This document shows, in pieces, positions 14,226 to 27,899 of a stretch of DNA of 64,000 bases. The DNA is taken from positions 1 through 64,000 of the forward strand of contig NW_026860607.1 of NCBI RefSeq assembly GCF_026571515.1, read 5' to 3'. The DNA comes from Ruditapes philippinarum. Lineage: Eukaryota. The notes beneath the pieces are model-generated. The model saw only the letters and a list, made by a program, of their open reading frames with translations, ran no database searches and was not told the DNA's origin. How positions within the stretch are numbered: position 1 is the first letter of the stretch; each line of letters opens with the position of its first letter. The position numbers were made by a program, and so were the translations under genes.

Positions 14226-15778
14226 TTAATGCGCCAGCAATGAAAGCTTCACTCGGTAAAAACGTTTGCAAAACTCAGACGAACTCATTACACGAAACTT
14301 TGCACCAGCAGGGTTTGAACTTAAAGAATTACTATACGAAGCGTACTCTTTTCTATATTTTTTGGCTTCCACTCACACTTCGCACTGTTGTCTATTACAA
14401 ACAAAACAATATATTCGCCCGGGGAAACTTTTAGCAATTACCTCATCTTTCGTTGAAGAAACAACAGATTGCCAGTAGAAAACCGTACCTCTTGTTTACA
14501 TGTTTACATCCCTCATTTTCATCTGGCGGTACATTGATCCGCTTTCAGGGGTTAGTTTGTCCCAAAAGAGTAATAGCATTTGGTACATGACAGTATACGG
14601 TCCAAGAGCTAGGCCATTTCCTGTTGGCTTATAATTGGTACTTGTCCGTCTTCGCATAGCCATACTGATGTAATTATAAAGGAAATTGTTTCGATACTGT
14701 ATGCCTTTACAATCATCTTGTAGAAATCTTCTTTAGTAGTGGTGTTTTCTATCATAATAGAATTTTCCTCGGATAAAACAAACATAGGATCGCATACTTT
14801 TTTTTCACCGCATCAGAGACATAGATAACAGAGATAGGCTACTTCCTAGCCAGTTAAAATATCACGCATGCCTACTAAACTTAAAACTTGTAGCAAGTAA
14901 AACTTATTAACCAGATATCAAAATCGGTAAAATAATACATTTTCTGAAAGCTTATGCATTTGTCTATGGCTGCAGGTAAAAAAATTTACAGTTCCCATTT
15001 AAATAAATGTTATATCATTTTTTAAAGAGAACTACTTAATATTTTTTGTTACAAAACTATTCATATGATAAAAAACTGGCTCAGTGGGTATGTTCTGCCA
15101 TGTTTTTCTAAGTGAAAGGCATGGAAAGTTACCAATATTTTAACATGCAGCCATAGATGAAAGATTTACCTTTCAAATGGTATATAATTTTAAAGGATCA
15201 TATGTACATCCATTAAGTTTTATTTGCTACAAAATGCCTAATTTTCCACTTTTTTATAGGCATGAGTGATATTTCAATGGAGTATATAGGAGCTGCTTAT
15301 CTCTGTTATCTATGTCTCTGACCGCATCAAATCTTTGGTTGCTTCTATTCATATCCATCCAGATCGTACGTAAGATATTCAGACCTTCGCAAAACGAGTA
15401 ATTACACCAGGATGAAATGTGGCTTATATGAGGCAATTGTATTGCTTAGTGTATAGTTTTTAACCCTTCAAATAACATTTGTGTGCTGATAGTATTCTAT
15501 CCATGTCCGGTGTTTGTATGTTCTTGCAATATCTAGAGCACGCATTCCAATCGTGTCCCGCAATCTGACGTGCATCTCTTTGCGCGTATATCGGCATCGC
15601 AAACTTCTTATTTTAGCAGTTTATTTATGATTATTCCAAAACATTGATTTGTGTATAACTCCCTAACTGTGTGTATCAGGAATATAATTCCTCAAGTCCT
15701 GTTCGGTTTGCCAATAACTTCCCATACCCGACCAAAATTTCCATTTATCGTAGAAAGGACCAAATTATTTTAAATTTT
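14226..15778 (-). pseudogene. Pseudogene of the ankyrin-like/ART gene (paralog of 59593-60931)
   Basis: Collinear nucleotide match to 59593-~60710. It has multiple frameshifts and deletions, a 507-bp MITE insertion (14814-15320), a catalytic ESE motif changed to NSL, and a 5' end replaced by Harbinger sequence. Confidence 0.9.
14814..15320. mobile_element. MITE with 23-bp perfect TIRs and a 7-bp TSD (P-element-like), inserted in the ART pseudogene
   Basis: ACCGCAT|CAGAGACATAGATAACAGAGATA ... TATCTCTGTTATCTATGTCTCTG|ACCGCAT. The intact paralog has a single ACCGCAT at ~60197. Confidence 0.9.
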
Positions 15779-16458
15779 CAAATTGTGAAAAAGCATGCTT
15801 TTGGTTGTGTGTGTGTGTGTGGCACATTCATTGGTCGCAATATTTCGTGTGATGTACCATCTATTGCACCAACTGCGGGGTACAGTTTATCCCAATCACC
15901 ACGTTTACTAAGCCACTGATCTATTGTAGGCCAAGTAATGTAATGCGAAAATGCTGCGTAAAATGTGCGTATCATTATGCGAATTTCAACATGTACATAT
16001 GCGGTGCACACATTGAATATTGCTGAAAGTGTCATGAGAGTTGGGTAACACCGAATCCATATAACAAACAATAAGATTCTGTTTACTGGAGACAGTTTGT
16101 GACGACTGTTATTCCTTAGGTTTACAATTTGTAACATATCTATTAATGTTTCTGGTGTTTCACCAGTAAGATTATAGAAATTGTACCTATTTGCCGAGAA
16201 TATTTGGAAAACGTTTCTTCCCGAATATATATTAGAATCATTTGAAAATAAACGGTGACGAATATCTAGAACAGGGTTTAGAGGTGGCATCACTACGGCC
16301 ACTAAACATGACCTAACACGATTGATATACTCTGAAGCATCTGGTGGGGGTTGAACTAAAGCAGGTAGTGCTGCTAAAAGTAGTCTTCGCCTGCTAACGT
16401 CCATTCTGAAAATCGAAAAACAATGTAAACAATAATATAGCAGCGAAAAGTAAGCCAC
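15778..16458 (-). mobile_element. PIF/Harbinger DDE transposase, N-terminal half only (truncated after the first catalytic Asp)
   Basis: HTH-like LSPVNRILLFVIWIRCYPTLMTLSAIFNV, then ITWPT and VGAIDGTSHEILRP, typical of the HARBI1/DDE_Tnp_4 family. The frame runs into a (CA)n tract and then the ART pseudogene. Confidence 0.8.
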
Positions 16459-17221
16459 TTTTTGACAAACGTAAATAATTGGTATTGACGAAGAACAGTT
16501 TTTCCCGCGCAGAAGTATTATTGTAAGAAAATCATCAACTTTCGAATACCTGTGGTTTAATATGTGGTTGTTATATACTAAGTATAATTCTAACGCTCGA
16601 AAATTTCGTGCAATTTACAATAAGCCAATAAGCGTTATATACATAAATATTGTACATACATTTGTAACCGTGATATTGATACAGATGGATGATGAAAAAT
16701 ACATGAAGGTTTGTACATATCGAACATTTTATATATTATATATATGTATCACATATTTTTAAAAATAAATGATTTACATACTTTCAGAAAAATATTGTTT
16801 GTCGCAACGGAAGATGATTATCGTCTGCACGTTTGACATGAATGGTCGTAATCAAATGAAGAGCTCACGTGACATTTTGTTATGCCTCACAAAACCTGAA
16901 AACGTCTTTGTGTTGAGACTAAGTTATAGCAACTGATACGAAGATACCTTTTTACATACTGATATCAAAAATGACTGAATATAATACAAATTATATTTCT
17001 ATTTAATCCTCAGCATATCAGCTCAAATATCAATGTCCTCTATGTGTCACTTCTTTACACCCCCACCCCCCTGCCTACAATCATGATTCAGCAGAATGCA
17101 AACTTCATTTCAAACAGTTAAAAAGAGGACAACTGCAAATTTGCAAGATTTTTCTGTCTGGTTTTCGTTTACAGCAAAAATGCATGCAAATGTCGTATAA
17201 ATCTATGTTTTATTATTTCAG

Positions 17222-18302
17222 GTGCATTGCAACGTCGAAGGAAAGTTCCTTTTTCAAAGGAAGAAACCTTATTAATTCTAAGGGCATATGAACTTCACCC
17301 AAGTAGCTGGGCCAACGTTATTACTGATATCAAGGCAAATATAGAACAACTGTCAAATAACCATCAGTTGCTGTACAGAACGGCTACATCAAAACAATTG
17401 AAAGACAGAGTTTCAAATAAGTTTGGTCGACTTCTTCACAGCAATATTGATACCATTGAGGATGCTGATATAAGGTAAGATTTTAGCAATGCTCAGAGAA
17501 ATAAAACAGTATGCTAGTATCTAAGCTAAGAAATATTTTCTGTAATGAAGATCAACAAACAAAATTTCAAAATTAAGGATTTTACATGATAACAGTTACT
17601 TTTAAAAATCGGACATGTGTTGACAGATGATTTATATAAGCGGTCGTGTAATAAGTTTATATAAAATACTCTTTTTTTTCAAGCAAAACATAATTGAAAT
17701 AATTGTCAACAAAATATTGCTGTTGATGATAGACACTACTTTTGTTATAGTGTAATATTTTTATTATTAAATTTGATGTATTTATGTAAAAATAAGTTGT
17801 ACATGAAGTGACAGTCTCTTTAAGTATCTCCAGGGATACTAACTGATTAATTTCTTATTCTCAATTCAGGACACATGTGCAACGTATACGGGATTTAGAG
17901 CGTAGACTTGTTCCTCCGCCAAGCGAAGTTAACACCAGGCAACAGGGCGATCAAAAGGAGCTCCTACTTCAACAAGTCAGTGAGTCCGACGACAATGATG
18001 TTGGAGGAGGCGATAGAGCAGCTCCACAGCCCGCAGGCGGTCAACATCAGCAAAACTTGCAGGTTGACAACAACGAGGAGAGGGCAGGTCCAAGCCAAGT
18101 TCAATCCCCAGAGCCGGCTGTTTTAAACGTTGCAGCCGGTCAACGTAATCTACCGGCACATCGCAGGAGGAATAGGCGCTCCCTTGCCGATCAAATTAGA
18201 GAAAACCAGGCTCTCTACAGGAGATTCCTGACAAAAAAGATTCCAAAAATACTCCGTGAACTTGGCGTAAGCAGTGATAGCAGTGATGACAATTACGTTT
18301 AG
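17222..18302 (+). CDS. Myb/SANT-like DNA-binding protein, probable second gene of the Harbinger element; exons 17222-17474 and 17870-18302, first exon not resolved
   Basis: RRRKVPFSKEETLLILRAYELHPSSWANV...QLKDRVSN is Myb-like. Acceptor TTTCAG ends at 17221, donor AG|GTAAGA at 17474/5 and acceptor TTCAG ends at 17869, and these join in frame (phase 2). It is divergent from the transposase. Confidence 0.7.
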
Positions 18303-18644
18303 TCCCTTTTTTAAACCACGTACTCACACATAACTTATAAAAATGGTCATCTGAGTTATCTTTGTTGAAAAATTAACATGACAATAAAGTATATGAATTA
18401 AGAAACTTGTTTTGTTTTTTAGTCTATATAAACATTTTGGTTATATTATATCTATTATTGTGTTGGTGGTTTATAGAAATAATATAGCAAACATATTCAT
18501 GTACAAAAACGCTACATATTACAGTTAAAGCTACTGATTTTTACATCATATTTTCCACATTTATGTTTTGAGAAAATCCCCCATTTTATTCAGTATTACG
18601 GAGTCCGTTTACGAAGTCCGTTTAAGATAGAAAGGTCTATTAGA

Positions 18645-19175
18645 AGGGGGAAGACGTTTATACGCGTACCCCTTCCTATAGCAGGCCAACGCAGTAAAAC
18701 ACTATAATACTTCGTTTTTAAACTTATTTCACACATGAAAAGGTTTAGTAACACGCCAGAGAAAATAGTTTTTACCTTTCAATACGGCCATCATATAGTA
18801 TAACTTCTTTTTTATTAGGGAGAACAATGCGGAAACGATTTTGACAGATAGCGCCGAACCACGTTTAAAAGGTGAATTTTGATTGGCCGAAAATTTATGC
18901 GTTTTGTATGGCTAATTTGGAAGAAATGAAGAGATAATATTGGTCGTTATCAAACAGATTTCATTGGCGCATTTACCTATCCGATTTTGCAGCTTAGCTT
19001 GAAGAATTTTGTGATCTAAACCACGTGGTCTGTGTATTGACATTTCTGCACTGTCTCCTTTATAATGTTAAAAATAGTAACAACGGCGTCTATTAAAGGC
19101 CAAACTCGACACTGCTGTACTGTAATATAAAAACAAAGGAAGGGATAATACTGATATAATTGGTACATGATCTAA
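18645..19175. repeat. Upstream region of the ART pseudogene, duplicated with ~61741-62285
   Basis: GGGGAAGACG.TTATACGCGTAC...GACAGATAGCGCCGAACCACGTTTA...CTAAACCACGTGGTC...ACATGATCT is shared. A further short match links ~19380-19425 to ~63560-63605. Confidence 0.85.
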
Positions 19176-20489
19176 TGATATTCGGAGGGAGGAAAATGAC
19201 CATAAGTTATTATTATAAGTTTTTTTGTTTTTTTTTTTGTTGTTTTTTTAAATTGAAATTATAAGGGTATATATTGGGTTAGATTTAAATTAAACTACTT
19301 ATTGTTTATCTATATCTCAATTGTATAGAAACAGTTGGAAATTATTAATTAAACAGCCTGGGAACGTTTTTTTCCTGATGTTTGGCCAGTCCACACGCTC
19401 AGGTCAACCCGCCCCAAACCTGTTTTTATCTTTTGTTTTTTTTTTCTCTCTTGAACACCTTTTATGACCTTTAGTCTTTTTTATTTTAATTAATCCTTAT
19501 GAGTATTCATGAAAAGAGGTACAACTCTTAATTGAACATCATCATTACAATAGTATGAGTTGTTTCTCCTGAGTAAATGCCAAATTTGTCAAAAAAAGTA
19601 TCAAAGTTAAGTTTTCATTGTTATATTGAGATCTATCCTTTATGTTAAATAAGTTCTATAATATTGTAATGTAATAAATTCTGAAAATAATCATTTTCTA
19701 ATGTTATAATTAAAATAGATCTGGCTTAAATGACGTTTCACATTATTGGTATTATACTATTGAATACTTTTGAATTAATTTCTTTAAATTATTTGTAGAA
19801 TCTTAAAAGAAATCTCTTGTTCCTCTTTAAGTATATATCTCTCAATATATTGTAAAGAGATCTATATGCATACATGTTTTGTATTGTTAAAACATCTTCA
19901 CCTATATATATATATAATGTTTTGAAGTACTAGTTAGACGATGGCTTTACTGTTATCTGCTGGAGAGGTGCTGCTTTAAGTGTGTTATCAAAACTTCATT
20001 ACAAACCGATACCCTTTATCTTAATATTTTGTTTACACTCTGTCTGAAGATCAAATAAAATTACCCTTTCATTTTAATTCACATGTCATTCAATTTATGA
20101 TGGTTTAAGCTGTGCAAATTTAATAGGTGTTGTATTCTATATTCAAATGTTTGAATCCCTTCAACATTTTGTCGTAATTTTGTCGCTTAAATTCAGATCC
20201 CATGAATACAATCGTTTTATATTTTGGCCTTTATTATTATCTAAATTAAAACTTAACATGAATTTATCATTTCGACACTGACATACCTTTACAATATAAA
20301 ACAAATATTGACTTGGCCAAATTTAGACAGTTCTTCTTTAAAATGTAAATTGTTGCCATTAGAACGTGCTCACGTGGAGTTACATGCTTTAACCCGTACA
20401 TGTTTTATACCATTGACAATGTAATTTCAACCCTAAATTGTTATCAGGTATTGAAAAATAGTTTTGATTAAAACTTAGAAATTCTTATT

Positions 20490-21265
20490 GTCTTCTAGGA
20501 AGCATGTTATAGGATTGATCCCGTTTGTTCGTTTCTTCTTGGAAACATAAATATAGATTTGACCCACTATCTTAACTATTATCCGCATATGAATATATTC
20601 CACCAACATTGAACGTTCTTCTTGGAAGCATAAATTTATATAGAATTTTACCCATTTTGTGCGTTTTTCTTGAAAGCATAAATATAGATTTGACTTAAAT
20701 TGTACGTTATTCTTGGAAGCATCAATATAGATTTGACCCATTTCGTACGTTCTTCTTGTAAGCATAATATAGATTTGACCCATTTTGTACGTTCTTCTTG
20801 TAAGCATAATATAGATTTGACCCATTTTGTACTTTCGTTTTAGAAACACGAAAATAGATTTGTCACATTTTTTAAGTTCTTCTTGGAAGCATAAATATAG
20901 ATTTGATCAATTTTGTACGTTATTCTTGGAAGCATGACTATAGATTTGACTCATTTTGTACGTTCTTCTTGGAAGCATATTATTAAATATAGATTTGGTC
21001 CATTTTGTGAGTTCTTGGAAGCATAAATATAGATTTGATCAATTTTGTACGTTATTCTTGGAAGCATAAATATAGATGTGACCCATTTTGTACGTTCTTC
21101 TTGGAAGCATAAATATAGATTTGACCCATTTGTACGTTCAACGTGGAAGTATAAATATAGATTTTGCCTATTTTGTACGTTCTTATAGGAAGCATAAATA
21201 TAGATTTGACCCATTTGTACGTTCTTCTTGGAAGCATAAATATAGATTTTACCCGTTTTTGTACG
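20490..21265. repeat. Tandem minisatellite with a ~41-42 bp unit (TTTGTACGTTCTTCTTGGAAGCATAAATATAGATTTGACCCA), roughly 18 copies
   Basis: Head-to-tail units with no unique spacers. A decayed relative lies at ~51830-52270. Confidence 0.9.
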
Positions 21266-22204
21266 TAAATTTATATTGTCACCATTGAAGACGAGGCGTC
21301 ATGCGTAAATGTCTCTAATTCAAAGGTTAACATTAAAGCAAAGACAGGGATTTTTGTGTTTTAAAAAAGGCATGATAGCCTTGGACCTAATAAAGATTGA
21401 AAGCATTTCTATAATGTGGTTTTTAGATGTAAGTTTACATAAACAAACGGTGTAATCTTTAATCATGTATAACGAATGTTTATATTTCGTATCCAGAAGA
21501 AATAAGTCTATTTCGGTTAAATTACATTAAAAGTATGTATGACGATAATAATGGTTATTAAATGCCCTCTTATGTACAATTTGAACCAAATCCGAATTAT
21601 TTTTCAACGGGTAGATATGGAAGGCCATCAGAATTTATAAGCTGCTTAATAAGTTTTGTTCAATGTCTATTATACGATGCTATATTACTATTATACTATC
21701 CGTCATATTATTATGCCTGCTATTTTGCAATGCTTATGTGTCATTTCGTGATGCTGTATCGTTTTAAGGCTCACTCACCCTGTCGATGAAAAGCAAAATT
21801 TTCACGACCACTCCACCAAGAGTGGTCTGTGTCCTTATATTTGGTAAGCATTCCCTTATTTCAATTCCAATTAAGTTTTTCATTATCAGTATAATGCCGT
21901 TCTACCAACGTCGTAAAGATGCTTATTTATCATTTTATGATGTGCATTTTTTCATGCAATATAGGTTTATCTTATACGAAGCATACGTAGCATACCATAA
22001 GCATACCTTTGTCGGACCGTATATGTCACTGAACGTATATGTCACATATGAGGGACATATTCGTCCATATTATCAGAGCTGTGTTTATGTGCCATATACG
22101 TTCCTGCAATTCGGTAGTTAATACCTGACCGTGTATGTCACACATTTTACACAGTAAACTAACATTATCATCGTCGTTTAATCTACCTTCATCAACGTTG
22201 ATAA

Positions 22205-22300
22205 TACATTATCATCATCGTCATCATCATCAATTACGAAAACAACAACAACAAATCATCATCATCATCATCAATGATGACATCATCATCGTCATCGTAA
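22205..22300. repeat. (CAT)n/(CAA)n microsatellite
   Basis: Direct reading. Confidence 0.8.
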
Positions 22301-25300
22301 ACCAGCAATACATTTGTTTAAGTCCATGCCGCCTTGCTTATCATTTTACCAGTAAGATGACAACTGTCTCAATACACAGTGACTGGCTTTGTTGAAAACA
22401 TGTGCTAAATATTTTGGACATAAATATTTATTGACTTGACTTTTTATTCATCCTCTCTGAGGGGGAGGGGGATTTAAACTTTTTACTTGTCCCTGCGCTT
22501 GTGCCTCCGTCCGTCCATACCAAAATCTTGGATGTTGTTCCATAAAAAAGTTGGTCAGCATTGTGTTATTGTGCACCTGGGTTTCGCTTGTCGATTCGGA
22601 CAGTCATGCCAAATTTATTCCCCTTGATTTAGTCAAATCGGAAATTATCAACTTATGTCGCGCGCAGTTTCAAGATTATTTGAACTAGGGTCATGGTCAT
22701 GATACTTTACACGAATGTAGTTAATCATCTGAGATAAAGCTTGTCGATTCCCGCAGTATTGCCAGAGAAAGTGTCCTTCACTAACTTTGTACAAAATTGA
22801 AATTTATACTTGTGTCGCATGTAACAGTTTTTGAGCTAGTGTATATATAACTTTACGTCAATATTAGTGAGCATATGAAGTTGTGAACATTGGATGTCGC
22901 TTGCCGACTTACCGCATAATATGCTAGAATTATTGCCCTTTACTTGTTCAAAATCAGCAATTTTCAACTTGTCATGCATGTTGTTGTTTGGGATTTCATT
23001 TGTAAATTTGATAAGTGCTGTCATACATATAGCCTTGACTTAGGGAATTTGTGTGTCTACAAAAAAACAAACACTTATTGTCGCTTATTGAACCTCTTAA
23101 TAATATCAAATCACTGCCGGTATTTCTGGACATTTTATTGAATTGTGAGACGGAAAGTTAAATCTGTATTTTCAAGCTTAAAGTGTATAGGCCCACGATT
23201 GATTGCTCAAACTAGAAAGCATGATATTATATTCTTATAATTTACATTTTCCTCGAACGCGAATCTGTGTTCTCTCGTTAGCGAGGGAGTTAGTTAAAGT
23301 AGACACTGTGGTGACAAGCAAACCAAAGCTGAACGTATAGTGAATCAGTTTTCCTTTCTTTATATTTTTTGTCAGATTTGCATGATAATGTAGTATTTGT
23401 TGGCGATTTCTTGTGCGCACAAACATCGCACCCGAAATAAGAAGGGTGACATATTTTTGTATCCGATCGAATCTGGTCAATTGATTTATTTTTGAATAGA
23501 CGTGATACACACTTATGAACAGAATTCAGACAACTACAGAATCATGTAAACTAAACATTAATTAGCGAAGAACCATTTTTTTTTTAGTTTTCTAGCTAGT
23601 GTTCCCGCTCCCCTACGACGCGTTGCGGTATTCAAGATACGCGCTTGATTGAAAAGCTATGTAATCAAATCACTTCATTGTTCTTTTTCTCTTAAAAAAT
23701 ATGTAATACGACAGTAGAGCTATATCATGGTAATTAATCAAATCTTTGAGTGTAAGAATTTATAAAGCTTATACTGATATTTTCACTTCAAATGATTAAA
23801 ATTGATTATTTTAAATAATGGTTTGCTAGTAAAATTGCCTTTTTGACACCAACTTTGTTGTCATTTTTCATTTTAATGATAACATTTAGCTATTGATCAC
23901 TAAGTAAATAAGAAGAATATTTTTTTTTATAATTACCGAGTACATTTCACGCTAATTGTGAGACGAACCCTAAATGACGTCTATATGGGCGCCGCCATTT
24001 TGAAATGGACGTCATGTCAGGTTACAACGTAAGTCAACGGGAAAAAATATAATTTTAACATTTTGACCATATTACTGAATTTATGAAAAAAATGAAAAAC
24101 ATGCCTAGAGATATTGACGTCAGGGTTAACATGACATTAATTTAAATGATTTTACTATTATATTAAATAAAAAATGGAATATTCAAATTTGATGGGACAG
24201 ACTATAGTCTTCATTCGCATGTTAAAATTCGAATATGAACTGTCGTGTTACCGCGGAAATTTTCTTTTATGAGATTTACAACAATACTGTTAAAATGTTA
24301 ACGAAACTATAGAATGCTTGGTTTTTAAGCCGACGGAAAATGTATTTGCACATTTTATTTAATGTAGCTTTAAGGGCCCTGAAATCATTTTGTTCAAACG
24401 GACTCATTTAAGTAAAAAAAACACGAAAGAAAAAAGATCTGGGTAACGGACTTTTATTGTTATACACGAAAGAGAAAAGAAATTGGTTACAGACATGAGC
24501 AATTTTATTGTTGATAACTCCCGCGCAATATTTAATGTGCAGTCATTACCTTTGCAGGTTATAGCCTAGTTATTGATTTAACAAAATCATGACTGATGCA
24601 TTTTAATAGAGAAATAAAATTGAATTGACCATATATTTATGTGATTTTTCCATATTAAACAGACTAATGTGATAATAACACTGCGGGGAGGCTTAAGGGA
24701 CTGAAGCCCCAACCCCTGGCCTGATATTTTTCTATCAAAAAAGGCACATTGAGAGTAACATATTAGCAAAAGCTGTCTTAAGCTAAATGTAAGTCATTGT
24801 TTGTTAGAAGCTGGACCCTGAGCTCAGCTTCCTGTCATAAAATTCTTTTTGCCAATTTAGGCAATTTGTCAACATGGATTAGACTACTAGTATCCATACA
24901 TGCAGACACTATATACATACATGTAGATTACCCTGGGTCAGTGTAGAGACAGTGTAAGCGTCTACATAATACTGAGTGAATAATCCTAAGCAAAGAGCCA
25001 CTTCCTCTTAGTACATCTAAAAACATGTACTTGTAAGTTATAAATTTCCCCCTTGAATGTGATGACAATATTTTGTTTCGTATACATATTCAGCTAGATT
25101 TTACTATTTAATCTATATAAATACTGTTGCGTTATGATGTTAATTTAAGTATAAAAGAATTTCTAATGCAACGATATTTAGGGTTTATGTTATACATTAT
25201 CAGGGTTCTTTCCTGTCTTTTGCAGAACTATATAGGAGCATCTGGTCCTCTTGTAAATTCTTTTTTAATCATAATTTTATTTATTTATTAATTATTCTGG

Positions 25301-27899
25301 GAAACAGAGAGACCGCATGATCTTAAATTTTGCATACATGTACAAGTTATTAAGCTAGACGTACATCTAACGGAACATTTATCTCGAAAAATCATTTCCA
25401 GTTCTGCCAAATAACCTCGGTAAAGTCTTTTAACCTTTTGTATGTAACATCAATTGTCACAACTGAAGGCATTAATTTGAATTAAATACAATGTTTATGT
25501 TTTTGAGATCATAAATGGAAGTTACTGTCTAAACCCCATGAATCTAATGAGTAATCATAGGCACTTTATGGCAAAAATGCTTTTGATCGACTACCCTTTG
25601 TGGCTGACTACCCGCCGTGATTCTACGCCGTGACGCCAGATTCGTTGCTTAAAAAAATGGCGAGAAACTTACCTTTTAGTAATTTATATACACAGTAGAT
25701 ATATCTATTTTCAAAAAGCATTTTTTGCCGGCAGATTTTAATGATTTGATAACTGTGTGGGTTATAGATAAAAGTTTATGAAATCACGTTAGGTAGCAAA
25801 CAGTAGTCGATCAAAAAACTTTTTCGGCCAAAGGCCGTCTGATTTCACCTTGACTTCCGCTAAAATTAACAGTAAATAAATGAATATAGGCAGATTTTTT
25901 ACTTTAGAAGAGCTTTCGTTATAGGTAGAGGTTTGTACGATTGCGCGATGGCAAGAAGTGTTGGAAAAAGATATAAGTCAGAATAAATATAAAAATACAC
26001 AATAATAATATTTTCTAGATGTTTCTATCAGCTTTTCAATCAATATATGAACTTAAATATAACAGATCGCCTTTTTGATACTTTTGCGTCTTTTATACTG
26101 TTCTAGTCATTATATTCTCTTTTCGAACCGGTCAAAAGACGATTGAAACGAACTTTCGACTAATTTACAGTTGCAAAATTATCCGTGGAATTAGTGTACA
26201 GTATCTACTAAATCTTTGTTTTATTATAAATTCCAATTCAAATCAAATTCCATTTTGATTAAAATCAAATAATGTAAGTACATGTAATATTGTTTAAATC
26301 TAAGATGACAATTAATGGGGAAAAACATTGCGCGTAAAAATGAACTGAAATAAAACTATTGAGGACGAATAAAATGTTCTGTTTGCGGTTAGCATGGTCG
26401 TTCGTAGCTTATCCTACTAAGTCATATGCATACCATTTAAATTAAAGAGCTGCTTTACCGGCTAGCTCCAAAAACTACACATTCGCATCCGACAGGTACT
26501 CTCTAAAAATGAAAGGGTCAAGGCCACTAAATTCAATTTTACTAAGTAACTGAAACACAATACTAGTCACTGAAACTTGAAATATAGTAACTGTAATTAT
26601 TTAGAACCTCAAATATCCACTTCAATTTCAAAACGGTCTCTTATTTGTAAATTTGACCCTGGCCAATTCGAAACTAAACGACCGAAACTGTGTACTGCCT
26701 CCTAAAGGTGAGGTGTTCCGAAATTAAAGCAGCTGCAACATTTCAGTACACAGTGTCACCGGTTATATAAGTGCTAGCTTTACTGTTTAGTTTTGTTCTT
26801 TCTGATAGTACAATGGTAACTCGCTATTCAGAAACAATAATCAATTTATTAAAGATTAAAGATCCTGCAACACATTTTTTATGGTTTTATTTCATAAATA
26901 TGATGCTCAAATTAAGATTTGTCAATATTTTGTAAGTTCCAATAAGCATTATTTATAAAGATATTACCCAATTTAACATTTTATGTAAATAAAGGGAGGT
27001 AATAAGAAATTTATTTTCTATAAATTCTAAGTCAAATTTTCCAATAAGAAATGAATGCATGTAATTTATTGATCAAATATAATGTGCATAAATATTTGCA
27101 GTACACATTTTACATATTCTTCGATGTTTTAAAATTGTTTTATTTGCATAATTATATACATATATAACTTTTTGCAAGTGTGGTATACACACAGTAACAA
27201 TATCAATCACAAAACATACTGGATCTTTAAAAATTAAAAACGGAATGAACCGCTGTTCGGAGTGCATAATGTAACGGAAACGATATTTTCCTATTTTTCT
27301 TTTTTACAAACTTGTTCACCTAGGTTTCAGAAAAGTGGAGCATTCGCATTACATTTATTTGAAGACTGGTTGTAATGGTTTTAGGCTTTAAATGAGCTTC
27401 AATATCTACAATCTGATACGCAGAAATGGATGTCCCCAGCAATCATCCTTAACACTGTGGAAAGATCTGATGACCTCTTCAATTTGACAATTCCTATGCG
27501 GCTAAGATTCAGACTTGGAAGGTAAGTCGATTATTTGTCAATCCCTTGAAAATCAATTGCGACGGTTCTATATTGGTGGCCGTGGTTATTTTTTACCACC
27601 CCTATTATTTGTACCACCCCTAAGCGTACCAAACGTTTTGACCGGAAAGTTGATGTTGATTCCAGTGATGACACTATGAATCCCTAGAAAAGATGAAGCT
27701 AAATGGTGACCAGAAGAAAACGGAAAAGGTTTTTGCTATTGCGTCCCACCCATCAACCGGTGATTTAAGCAAAGCCTCAGATGACCTGTAGCAGAGACTG
27801 ACAAGGACCTTTCGGTCAAAATTGTCTCAACCCCACAGGCCAACCGGATGCTACAATAATGGGTAAATTGGTCAACAGCTGAACGGAAGACAAAAGTCG

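Noticed and set aside
20490-21265. Possible CRISPR array or repeat-protein ORFs (20475-21288)
   Set aside because: Contiguous tandem units with no unique spacers, no cas genes, and a eukaryotic context. The ORFs are by-products of the repeat.
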